Assembly: GCF_001194135.2 (NCBI RefSeq)
Contig: NC_068991.1
Coordinates: forward strand, 16,651,168 to 16,715,045
Direction of reading: 5' to 3'
Length of the DNA stretch: 63,878 nucleotides
Source: Octopus bimaculoides
Taxonomy: Eukaryota
Part shown: piece after piece, positions 12,116-23,735 of the stretch
How positions within the stretch are numbered: position 1 is the stretch's first letter
Layout: the number at the start of each line of letters is the position of its first letter
The notes under the pieces: generated by a model
Told to the model about the DNA's origin: nothing
Database searches by the model: none
What the model saw: only the letters and a program-made list of their open reading frames with translations
Translations under genes and position numbers: made by a program

Positions 12116-13077
12116 ATATATACATATTTGCGTGTGTACTTGTGTGTATGCCTGTATGTCCATGTGTGCGTGTGTGTGTGTACCTCTATGTGCATGTGTG
12201 TGTATGTGTGCCTGTATGTGCCTGTATGTGTATGTGCTTGTATGTGTGTGTACCTGTATGTGCATATATGTGCACATGTGTGTGTATACACTTTTACAAT
12301 GTAAAATACAATAATTCCCAATACAAATACACCCTGACACAGGCTTTGATGTTGCTGAACAATATTGGGTGGTGCCCTCGACGTATCTTACTCAGTGGCT
12401 GACTGAAAGCGTGAGCGAGTGAGGTGTGGCTCAATTTGAATAAAAAGTGGAGACTCCCTAACAAAAAAGTTATTTTTAGTACTCCCTCACCCTCACCACT
12501 ATATAGAGTTACTATTGATTGCTTTGTAATTATATGAAGAGGGAGGGGTGACAGTAATGTGTGCGTGTGTGTATGTATTTATGTGAATGTGTGTGAGTGC
12601 TGTAGAGGAAGGGCATGTTGGGGTTGGAGTTGTTTAGCTTCAAGTCAGTCCTAGACTGTTGATTAACAGCCCAGTCAAGATGGTATTTTCTTCATCTCCT
12701 ACTCTTGTATTTGCACACATCTACAAAATGACTTTCTGAAATGAACTTCCATTATGCAGCTGAGGAGTACATTTTCATTGCATATCTTATGTGGTATTCT
12801 CACTACATAAATAAATGAAGTTTGTACGACACATACGTACTGCTATAACCTAATGCATTTTTGTTGCTTTTCTTCAAATTTTATTCACCAAATCTCTTGA
12901 TTTTGTTTTTGGTTTTTACCCTACCAAATTCTGGTGCCTCAAACATTTAATCTTTTGATTAAATCTATATTATTTAATCTTTTGATTAAATCTATATTAT
13001 TATTATATATATATATATAATAATATAGATTTAATCAAAAGATTAAATGTGGTACTTAAAATATATATATATATATA

Positions 13078-13850
13078 TTGGTTCATCCCATAAATAATGT
13101 GTTTTTTTTCAATTGCATGAACTAAACATAACCCAGTGTCAATGGTGGTTCCAAAAAGTCCATGCCAGAAACTACAGCCTAGAAGACAAGCCTCATTCTA
13201 GAAGATCTGTAGAGCTTGACGAGGATGTACTGCAAACCCTGCTGGAACAAAATCCCACCGTAACTATTGAGGAACTAGCAGAAAAACTTGGATTTGGTCA
13301 TTCAACCATTCATCAACACCTTCACGCCATCGGAAAAGTCAGCAAATTGGGTCAATGGATTCCTCAGAAATTTTCCGAGTCTAATCGCATGCAGAGAGTG
13401 AATGTGTGGTCTTCTTTTCTGTCATGTCTCATGAATGAACTTTTTTTGGACCAAATAGTGACTGGTGACAAGAAATGGGTTCTCTATAAAAATGTCAAGA
13501 GCCGAAGACAGTGGATAGGGAAAGGAGAAACACCGGCACCCCAGGCTAAAGAAGGACTTCACCCACATAAGGTGGTATTATCTGTTTGGTGGGAGATGAA
13601 AGGTTTAGTCCACTTTGAACATTTTAAACCCAAACCAAATGATAACAAAGGAGATCTACAGCAAGCAGCTTGAGTGGCTTAAGTCAGCACTAGAAGAAAA
13701 ATGACCATCTTTGGTTTCAAGACAAAAAGGTGACCTTCCATCACATTTGGTCCTCAACTACATACAGTGAGGATGACAGTCAAAGGCTGGAGTAGTTTGA
13801 ATGGGAAACAATGCCCCACCCACAATATTACTGGACATTGCCCCTGAACC
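13078..13850 (+). pseudogene. Mariner (DD34D-type) transposase remnant with left TIR
   Basis: ORF 13113-13673 contains the HTH region (LAEKLGFGHSTIHQHLHAIGKVSKLGQWIP), QIVTGDKKWVLYKN (TGDEKW motif) and HPHKVVLSVWW; frameshifted continuation resembles KVTFHH..RPH and WETMPHP; TIR-like TTGGTTCATCCCATAAATAATG after (TA)n. Confidence 0.9.
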
Positions 13851-14039
13851 ACCATATAGCTGGACATTCAACTGGACCAACAATTTGATACCTACAGAAA
13901 TATATCTATATGATTTTTGGAAAACAACTTGCAAATGTAAGTGCTACCAGTCGAAAGCTCCACATACAGAATGCTAGCAAACTTATGGAGTCGATAGGAG
14001 AGAATAATATAAAATATATAGAGATTTATAATATATCAA

Positions 14040-14425
14040 ATGTGGATGTGTGGTAAGAAGCTTGCTTCCCAACCACATGGTTCTGGGTTCAGTCCCACTG
14101 CGTGGCACCTTGGTCAACTTTTTTTTTTTTCATACTATAGCCTCAGGTGAACCAAAGCCCTGTGACAGAAACTGAAAGAAGCCTGTCGTATATATATTTA
14201 TATATGTATTTATGTCTGTGTTTGCCCCCCCCCCCACCATTGCTTGACAACCGATGAGGGTGTATTTATGTCCCTCTAACTTAGTGGTTCAACGAAAGAA
14301 ACTGATAGAATAAGTACTCGGCTTATAAAGAATAAGTCCTAGGGTTGATTTCTTTGACTACAACCCTTTAAGGTGGTGCCCCAGAATGGCCACAGTTAAA
14401 TGACTGAAACAAGTAAAGGAATAAA
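14040..14425 (+). mobile_element. SINE family B
   Basis: GTGTGGTAAGAAGCTTGCTTCCCAACCACATGG...GCGTGGCACCTTGG...GAAACTGAAAGAAGCC...GGTGGTGCCCCAGAATGGCC...TGACTGAAACAAGTAAA. Confidence 0.85.
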
Positions 14426-14438
14426 ATAAAATATACAT

Positions 14439-14556
<118 letters not shown>

Positions 14557-15159
14557 GCAATAAATTTATATTTGACATTATAAATGCTAATTTGCGATAG
14601 AAAAACAAAACTAAATACTGGACTCAAACCACAAATCTACTACTTGGCTAACCACTGTATTAGTGTGTGGTATGTGTGTATGCGTGCATGTATATGTATG
14701 TGTGTGTGTGTGTTTGTGTGTATACATCCAAATATACACACATACACACACAAAATTCACCCACCTACATCTAAATATAGCTCTGCATGGATATGTACAC
14801 ATATAGGGTAATGATGGTGGTGGTGGTGGTGATGGCGGTTATGGGGTACATGAACGCGTGGGCAGTTGATTGGGTGTGTCGTTAAGTTCATGCTCGTGAC
14901 GGTGGTACAATGGAGTCAAACACAAAATAACACCCCCCCCCTCAACACCTGCAATCTAACAGGGTTTACTTTTAAAAGACAGAACATGATCCAGATAACT
15001 TTTACTCCACCCAATGATATGGTGAGATAATGAGATCATCTGAACATGGCTGTATGTGTGTATGAGTGTGATTCCTTCTACAAGTATCTGTTTATACAAA
15101 TCAAAATGGAGTACATAATTTGCATGTGTATAGATATGTTTATAAATGTATAAATGTGA

Positions 15160-15235
<76 letters not shown>

Positions 15236-15238
<3 letters not shown>

Positions 15239-15445
15239 AACCTCGTGGGCATCGGTACCATTTTCCTCTTTCTCCGTTCTTCCATTCTCCGAACTTTCCA
15301 TCTTTCCGACGAAGGGCTACGCCCGAAACGTCATACACTCTCTCTTTCCTTTCCTGAGCGTCCAATAATACTATCCATATCACGTCCTCACTTTGTTGTT
15401 TTTTTGTTTTTTTGTTATTGTGTTTTTGAACTATATATATATATA
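15236..15445 (+). mobile_element. Penelope-like pseudo-LTR fragment between (TA)n tracts
   Basis: Contains CCGACGAAGGGCTACGCCCGAAACGTCA, the CTGANGA..stem..GAAACG signature typical of PLE ends; both flanks are (TA)n. Confidence 0.55.
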
Positions 15446-15457
15446 TATATATATATA

Positions 15458-15660
15458 TTGCTTGAAATACGGAATAGAAAAACAGCCGACAACTGATGAA
15501 GGGTTATTCTTTATGTTGCTTGTCTTGTTTTCCATTTGTTTCCTTCATTGTTCGCAAAAAAACGTTCATATTCCATGTTTCCGTCTTTCGTATTTCATGT
15601 TGTTTATGTTCTGTGATGTCCTGTGCCCATATATGCATGTTTATATACACATATATGTAA
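15458..15660 (+). mobile_element. Probable Penelope-like pseudo-LTR fragment
   Basis: (TA)n then CTTGAAA...ACTGATGAAGGG and a T-rich body; same layout as 62756-62950. Confidence 0.4.
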
Positions 15661-15954
15661 GTATGTACATATATGTGTGTATATATGTATATATATGTAA
15701 GTATGTACATATATATATATATGTATATATGCATCATCATCATCATCGTTTAACGTCCGCTTTCCATGCTAGCATGGGTTGGACGATTTGACTGAGGACT
15801 GGCAAACCATAAGGCTGCACTAGCCTCCAAGGCTGCACAAGGCTCCGTGCATGCATGTGTATGGAGAGATGCATATATATATATATTGTATGTCTGTGTG
15901 TATATAAGTGTATATAAATATATATAGATACACACACATACATATATATAAATG

Positions 15955-15988
<34 letters not shown>

Positions 15989-16191
15989 TATGGATATATA
16001 TACATGTACTCTTATATGTAATTGTGAATAATAAGTATGAGGATGATGATCATATATGTACACACACATACATTCGCAAGTATATGTACACACCCACTCT
16101 TATACACTTGATGAACTTCTACTCAAGTGCAAGAACACAATTCCAATTACAAGCCTACAGTTGACTCAACACTATGACAAAGCATTTTTAC

Positions 16192-16266
16192 CAAGTGCAA
16201 CATGGTGTTTTCAAACTCAGAAACAACATTTTGGTGATGTAAACTTTCAGACATGCTTGCATCTAT
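16192..16266 (-). CDS. Candidate 75-bp internal exon (IDASMSESLHHQNVVSEFENTMLHL), gene unknown
   Basis: Strong pyrimidine tract ATTTCTCTCTTGTTTTCTACACCAAAACAG| and donor TTG|GTAAAA; only the phase-0 frame is open; lies in non-repeat sequence. No homology recognised. Confidence 0.3.
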
Positions 16267-16319
16267 CTGTTTTGGTGTAGAAAACAAGAGAGAAATATAC
16301 TAAAAATAAAGGTGCTGGC

Positions 16320-16725
16320 ATTACTATGAGGTACAGAGTCTGCTTCCCAACCACATGATTCCGGGTTCAGTCACACTGCGTGGTACCTTGGGCAAGTGTC
16401 TTCTATTGTAATCTTGAGCCGACCAAAGCCTCATGAGTGAATTATATTGACAGAAACTGAAACCTGTCATGTGTATGTGTGTGTACATGCATGCATGTGT
16501 AAGTGCGTATGTGCATGTGCATATGTGTACATCTGTTTGTGTGTGTGTGTGTGTGTGATCATTGCTTGACAACTGGTGTTGGTGTGTTTATGTCCCCGTA
16601 ACTTAGCAGTATGGAAAAAAGGAACCAATAGAATAAGCACCAGGTTTTTAAAAAAATAAGTACTGGGGTTCATTCGACTAAAAATTCTTCAAGGTGGTGC
16701 TCCAGCATGGCCGCAGTCAAATGAT
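16320..16725 (+). mobile_element. SINE family B with internal (GT)n
   Basis: Head, GGTACCTTGGGCAAGTGTCTTCTA core, internal microsatellite and tail GGTGGTGCTCCAGCATGGCCGCAGTCAAATGA. Confidence 0.85.
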
Positions 16726-16957
16726 AAATACATTGAGTATTGTGCTCATTTTTTACAAAACTGAATCTTCACTCCATCATGACAACATCAACCCTTTCCA
16801 GCATCCTTGCGTGATGTATTTGAAATATATAAAAAAAATAACTCAGTAAAAATTGAGTGGAGCCTCACCTTTGAAAGGGTGAAGAGGACCAAGAAGTTCA
16901 CTTCCCAATCACATGGTTTCAGGTTCAGTTTCACTGTATGGTACCTTGGACCACTGA

Positions 16958-17210
16958 ATGAATGTGGTTTAGTGGTTAGGACATTGGACTCGTGGTCATA
17001 AGATTGTGATTTCGATTCCTGGATCAGACAATGTGTTGTGTTCTTGAGCAAAACACTTCATTGCACGTTGCTCTAGTCCACTCAGCTGATAAAAATGAGT
17101 AATCCTACTACAGACCAGCATTCCTTCCAAGTAGGGAATTTATGTGCCATGAAACCATCCCTTATGAGTCAGTATGACTTGAGAAGGTAACTTTACCTTT
17201 ACCTTACCTT
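16958..17210 (+). mobile_element. tRNA-derived SINE, family D, with (CCTTTA)n tail
   Basis: GTGGTTTAGTGGTTAGGACATTGGACTC...TTTCGATTCCTGG head, TTGTGTTCTTGAGCAAAACACTT body, tail AACTTTACCTTTACCTT. Confidence 0.7.
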
Positions 17211-17551
17211 GGACCATATTAACAATGAAATTCGCAGATCAATAAGTTGTAAATTTATCAGGAAGATTTTCAATAACAGCTGAATTCAGTGTTTGATATT
17301 GTAGAACAGGTAGTATATTTTATAGTGTTTCCCTACCATCCAGGTAGGGAATTTATGCACCATAAAACCAGGAAACCATCCCTTATGAGTCAGTATGACT
17401 TGAGAAGGTAACTTTACCTTTACCATACTTTGGACCATATTAACAATGAAATTCACAAATCAATAAGTTGTAAATTTATCAGGTAGATTTTCAATAACAG
17501 CTCAATTTAGTGTTTGATATTGTAGAACAGGTAGTATATTTTATAGTGTTT
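17131..17551 (+). repeat. Tandem duplication, about 213-bp period, 2 copies
   Basis: 17131-17330 and 17344-17551 align over SINE tail plus downstream unique flank, with scattered substitutions. Confidence 0.9.
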
Positions 17552-17758
17552 GAGTTTAGAAAATTCTATATCGAGCACATTAATTATGACTAAAAGCTTC
17601 AGAGAACAAAACTGATATTAAAGCTAATTACAGACCATGTACAAGGCCAATGGTAAATCGTGTATTATTGCAAAACTTAAATCAATGCAACTGATGTTAA
17701 ATATTTGCAACACAGTAGTGGAAATGTAAACGCCAAAAAGAAAAACAGAATTTGAAAT

Positions 17759-17759
<1 letters not shown>

Positions 17760-17789
<30 letters not shown>

Positions 17790-18160
17790 CCACCAGTGCT
17801 AATACCGTCATCACCATCACACCATGATCAACACCACAACTGACTCCATAATAACCATCACATTGTCAGTATCATCATCATCATTAATACCACCACCAAT
17901 ACCATCATCACCATAAATATATCAATACCATCACCATCACATTATCACTATCATCATTGTCATCATCATCAACACCACAACTGACACCATAACCATCACA
18001 TCATTACTATCATCTTTGTCATCATCACCACCATCACCATCACATTATCACTATCATCATTGTCATCAATACCACCACCACCACCATCACATCACTATCA
18101 TCATTGTCTTCATCATCATCATCAACATCATTATTGTTGTCATTGTCGTTATGGTCATCC
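17760..18160. repeat. (CAT/CAC)n low-complexity tract
   Basis: Degenerate trinucleotide repeats. Confidence 0.9.
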
Positions 18161-18569
18161 ATTTAACTGATGCTCTTCCTGTTGCCAACCTTCACTTGTT
18201 TCTCAGTGAGGAATTATTCCTCAGTGGCCAGACATGTTTACACAGAAGACTGGAAACAAATGACACCAATTGTATGACAGTGACACTCATTTACAGCTAT
18301 CATGTGATGTCAAGACAAGGAGACACAAACACACAAACACAGGTGTCATCATCATCGTTTAACATCTGCTTTCTATGCTCGCATGAGTTGGACAGTGTGA
18401 CAGGAGTTGACCAGCCAGAGAGGAGCCCAGGCTCCAATTGTCAGTTTTGGTATGGTTTCTATGGGTGGATGCCCTTCCTAATTCCAAACACTTTACAGCA
18501 TGTATTGATATATTCATATACACAATGGGCTTCTTTCAGTTTCTGTGTACAATACCATACAAGTCCTTT

Positions 18570-18925
18570 AACCCCTTGATGTTTGTTGGAGCACTGCAGC
18601 CATGCAGTGTATCTTGAGCAAGAAAGCCGAGCAGAGCCTATCCCTCTCCAGGCTAAACTCATTTCTACAGCTGAGTGGACTGGCGCAACATGAAATGATG
18701 TATTTTGTTCAAGAACACAATGGGTCACTCAGTCCAAGGATTAAAACTACAATCTTATCGTCGTGAATCCAACACCCTAACCACTAAGCGACGTGCCTCC
18801 ACTCATAATGGTACTTGTTTCTACAGCTGAGTGGACTGGAGCAAGACCACAACCTGGTCCAGGAATCAAAACCATAATTTTACAATCATGAGTCCAACAA
18901 CCTAACCACAAAGCCACACGCCTCC
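18570..18925 (-). mobile_element. Two adjacent family D SINE fragments
   Basis: Reverse complements of the family D head and body (AGCTGAGTGGACTGG..CAAC...TTCAAGAACACAA...CCAACACCCTAACCAC), twice. Confidence 0.65.
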
Positions 18926-20018
18926 ACAGTTCCTGTCTACTAAATGAAATTACAAAGCATTGGTCAGCCTAGGCCTTAGCACAAAGGATTTGCATAAGGT
19001 GCCATGCAGAGGGACTGAACCCAAAACCATAGAACAGAGAAGCAAAATTCCTCATCACACAGCTATGCCGAGATAATCAATAGACAACAGCACTTTCCAT
19101 GCTACAATATGTCTTTTCAACATGTGATAAAAATTAGGTTAAAGCTCAAGACAGGATATAAAAGTTCATTGCTCGGTGGACCACATTTTATACCTGAAAG
19201 CTTCGGGTCATAAAATTGACTCGCTAATGCTTCTCAACACTTACCTAACACTGATCAAGTGTTCTGTCTGGTTTAATTCTCATGTTTGCCTTCTGAGAGG
19301 ACAGAAATAAAATAAAATAAACTACTTTGCCTAAGGACACAATGATATGCCTTCTAGTCTAGGAAACAAACCTGTGACCTTTTGATCAAGAGCCCAGTTG
19401 TCTAACCACTAGGCCACGCTGAACAGTAAAATATAGATAAGTAAATATATGTACGTGTATATATATATATATATATATATNNNNNNNNNNNNNNNNNNNN
19501 NNNNNNNNNNNNNNNNNNNNNNNNNNNNNNNNNNNNNNNNNNNNNNNNNNNNNNNNNNNNNNNNNNNNNNNNNNNNNNNNNNNNNNNNNNNNNNNNNNNN
19601 NNNNNNNNNNNNNNNNNNNNNNNNNNNNNNNNNNNNNNNNNNNNNNNNNNNNNNNNNNNNNNNNNNNNNNNNNNNNNNNNNNNNNNNNNNNNNNNNNNNN
19701 NNNNNNNNNNNNNNNNNNNNNNNNNNNNNNNNNNNNNNNNNNNNNNNNNNNNNNNNNNNNNNNNNNNNNNNNNNNNNNNNNNNNNNNNNNNNNNNNNNNN
19801 NNNNNNNNNNNNNNNNNNNNNNNNNNNNNNNNNNNNNNNNNNNNNNNNNNNNNNNNNNNNNNNNNNNNNNNNNNNNNNNNNNNNNNNNNNNNNNNNNNNN
19901 NNNNNNNNNNNNNNNNNNNNNNNNNNNNNNNNNNNNNNNNNNNNNNNNNNNNNNNNNNNNNNNNNNNNNNNNNNNNNNNNNNNNNNNNNNNNNNNNNNNN
20001 NNNNNNNNNNNNNNNNNN

Positions 20019-20042
<24 letters not shown>

Positions 20043-20050
<8 letters not shown>

Positions 20051-20475
20051 ATTACTGAGATCCTCCTCTAGTATGTGCCACTTGGTGAAGAATGAAGTTT
20101 GATATAGCTACCCTCATGTGCACCTCTTGCCGTGAGGTAGGTTCATCTGGGACTCTCAACAGGAAGAGGTCCAGCCTTGATATAAAAATGCCTACATCTA
20201 CTTTGTGCAGGTTCTTTAGACTCTTTGGGAGAATATTAAAAAGCTGTGGGCCCCTGAAACTCAGGTTGTTGCAGTAACTAGTCTTGAAGCACAATGGCAT
20301 TATGGCATCTTTGGCACTGTGCAGTGTCAATCTGTTTTGGCATTGGTGTAGCTGTCAATGCCAAAATTTGACACAATTCCTTCCAAGATCTCCCAGATGT
20401 ATATTACTGCATACCTCTCCCACCTTCACTCTAGGGAGTAGAGTCTTAGCTGTTTCAGCCTTTCCCAGTAGCTGA
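20043..20475 (-). mobile_element. CR1/L2-group LINE ORF2 3' end
   Basis: Minus-strand translation: LKQLRLYSLE...YAVIYIW.ILEG and NNLSFRGPQLFNILPKSLKNL..VDV..F.SRLDLFL..VPDEP...SN.ILHQV. Confidence 0.85.
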
Positions 20476-20644
20476 GCTGTAACTTAACAGTTCGGCAAAA
20501 GAGACCGATAGAATAAGTACGAAGCATACAAAGAATAAGTCCTGGGGTCGATTTGCTCAACTAAAGGCGGTGCTCCAGCATGGCCACAGTCAAACTGACT
20601 GAAACAAGTAAAAGAATAAAAGAAAATATATATATATATATGCA

Positions 20645-20684
<40 letters not shown>

Positions 20685-20921
20685 TGAGAGAGAAAGAGAG
20701 AGAGAGAGAGAGAGATGAAATGCAAGTGTAGGAATGATGATGATGCATAAATATTAATGACAAGCAGACAGCAAAAGACAGCAGCAAAAGAACTTTGGTG
20801 GACATTAGGAATAGTAATCATGGCATCGACTGCAATGAGTATGATGACCTCCATTGTAATTATGTTGAATTACCACATTAGACATATTTTTATAGGATGA
20901 AAATTTGCTGCAAATGTCTCC

Positions 20922-20969
<48 letters not shown>

Positions 20970-21143
20970 CCACTATCCTTCTCTCTCCCACTGTCTGTCT
21001 ATCTACCTATTTATTTACCTGTCTATCTCTCTCTATGTCGATGCATGTCTATGTATACAGATATGTATATCTTTCTTTTAGTAGTAATGTTGCTGATGTT
21101 GTCAAGCAAGATCAGTCATTGACAGGCCAATATGCATACATAT

Positions 21144-21198
<55 letters not shown>

Positions 21199-21417
21199 NN
21201 NNNNNNNNNNNNNNNNNNNNNNNNNNNNNNNNNNNNNNNNNNNNNNNNNNNNNNNNNNNNNNNNNNNNNNNNNNNNNNNNNNNNNNNNNNNNNNNNNNNN
21301 NNNNNNNNNNNNNNNNNNNNNNNNNNNNNNNNNNNNNNNNNNNNNNNNNNTATAAACATCATCACTTAATGTCTAGTTTCCATGCTGGTATGGCATGGAA
21401 AAGTGGTTGTTAAACAA

Positions 21418-21451
<34 letters not shown>

Positions 21452-22469
21452 GAGCTAATTTATAGTCCATACTTTGAAATGGTAATTCACACTGTAGGTG
21501 CTTGGCCTGCTGGCTGGCTGGTTGGCTGGGTTGAGAGTGAGAGGCAGGTGGTTAGACAGTGTGGTGATAGGAAGTGTCCAGCCAGTGCAGTGGCATAACA
21601 TTCACCAACAGATCGAATGTTTATTTCATGAGACCCATTGCAGCTTTTAGACACACAACCAACTCTCTATAAATCACCAAAGAAGGTTTCATCTTTCAAT
21701 GCAAAAGCACATACACACTCGTACATCTTGGATAAAGTATAACTTTAACGGCATCAGATCTGTCACGCACTTTACCAAAAGACAACTTCCTGAGCCCTCA
21801 TAAATCTAGATAAATTTCAAACACTTACACAAGAAAAAAAATAGTAAAAAATACAAACAAGATCTTTTGCATCATGGCAGGATGCATCATGAATATTGCA
21901 CCAATAAACCACATACATATATGCCAAGAAGTGATCTTCTATGTGGTCACTTGGAATGCTAGAAATAGTAGCCAATCTTTCTCACATCATTTATTTGGGA
22001 AAAAAAAAGAGAAAAATATATTGGATAATAGATGCACTGTCTAAAAACGATATATATGAAATGGCCATGGTTGGAATGCTTTTCATCATAGGTTGGTTCA
22101 ATCAGGGCTGAGCTGGGCCTAAACCACAACAACGCAGTTATATTGGTTTCAAATTTTGGCACAAGGTCAATAAGTTTGGAGGTGGGGCAAGTTGATTGCA
22201 ATGATCCCAGTGCTCAACTGGTACTTAATTTATTGACCTCCAAAAGGATGAAAGGTAAAGCTGATCTTGGCAGAATTTGAACTCAGAACATAAAGATGGA
22301 CAAAATGCCGCTAAGCATTTTGACCAGTGTGCTTACAAATCCACCAGCTTGCTGCCTTACAATAACACAATTATATTGCCATAAGATCTGTTGCTTCACT
22401 GAAACAAGTATGACACATCACCATGACAATCTAACCTCTTTTGTTTCTAACATTATCATCATCATCATC

Positions 22470-22855
22470 ATCGTTTAACGTCCACTTTACACGCTGGCAT
22501 GGGTTGGACGATTTGACTGAGGACTGGCAAAACAGATGGCTGCACCAGGCTCCAATCTGATCTGGCAGAGTTTCTACAGCTGGATGCCCTTCCTAACGCC
22601 AACCACTCCAGGAGTGTAGTTGGTGCTTTTACGTGTCACCGGCACGAAGGCCAGTCTGGTGGTACTGGCAACAGCCACACTCATATGGTGTTTTTTAGGT
22701 GCCGCCTGCACAGGAGTCAGTCCAGCGGCACTGGCAACGACCTCGCTCAAATGTTTTGTTCACGTGCCAGTAAGGCAACACTGGTAATGATCACTCTCAA
22801 ACGGTACTTTTTACATGCCCCCAGCAAGGAAGCCAGACAGCTGCCCTGGCAGTAA
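22470..22855 (-). mobile_element. RTE-type 3' end
   Basis: Reverse complement of the 5745-6247 tail, including CTACAGCTGGATGCCCTTCCTAACGCCAACCAC, preceded by (CAT)n. Confidence 0.8.
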
Positions 22856-22977
22856 TCCCACATTATACATGGCTATATTACTTTGGAGATATGTGTTTCT
22901 GTCCCTGTTTGAGACAGGAGCATGTTATTTGTGAGAGATTTAGCTTCTAGTTCATGAAAATACACCAATATTGGTTC

Positions 22978-23196
22978 TTAACCCTTCAGCATTCAGATTT
23001 CTTTAGTCAAATGTATTCTTATTTGTTCACATTGTTTAGAATTAATCATGCATTATCTTGTAGCTTCAAGATTTCAATTATGTGTCCGCATATTTTTAGA
23101 ACGACATTGTTGGATAGGTGCAAGATGTCGGATCTGGTCAGTTGTAACATAAAATATTTTGACCAGATATGGGTGGATTAAATGCTAAAGGGTTAA
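22978..23196. mobile_element. TTAA-flanked MITE (piggyBac-like termini)
   Basis: TTAA|CCCTTCAGCATT...AATGCTAAAGGG|TTAA. Confidence 0.85.
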
Positions 23197-23697
23197 GCCC
23201 CAAGCTCCTACCCATAAATGGATATGTTATGTAATCCATAGATAGACATTTTAAAATTTTATAAAGTTGTGTGGGGGTGTGTATGCACATGTGTGTGTAT
23301 GTGTGCATACATGTGTGCATACATGTGTGCATGTATGTTTGTGCAATTCAATAAACAGATGTTTATAAGTACCAAATATAAATAAATACTAGGATCAATA
23401 GAATCAACTAAGACTATTGTATTTATATTCACCAACACTCATTTATGTGTGCATAAGTACGCACTATTTTTCCTTATTTATCTATTCATGTATTTACTTA
23501 CTGAAAGATACAATGGGTAAACTAATTGAAAAATATGAATTATTCATGTGACAGTGTAATTGTTTTTATAATTTGTTCCGGAATTATCCAGGGAAATGCT
23601 ATTATCGCCTATATATAAATTTACAACCTCTTGATCTGAAACTAGTTTTATAAGTGCTAATACACGAAACTCTCTTGGCCCTTGAGTCACTCTGCTA

Positions 23698-23735
<38 letters not shown>

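Noticed and set aside
14963-15021. Plus-strand exon candidate (FTFKRQNMIQITFTPPNDM)
   Set aside because: Weak acceptor, and the opposite strand resembles a mariner TIR (ATTGGGTGGAGTAAAAGTT), so it is likely repeat-derived.
23655-23700. Hammerhead 3' half GAAACTC...GAGTC
   Set aside because: No upstream CTGANGA core and no helix I partner; at most a truncated PLE end.
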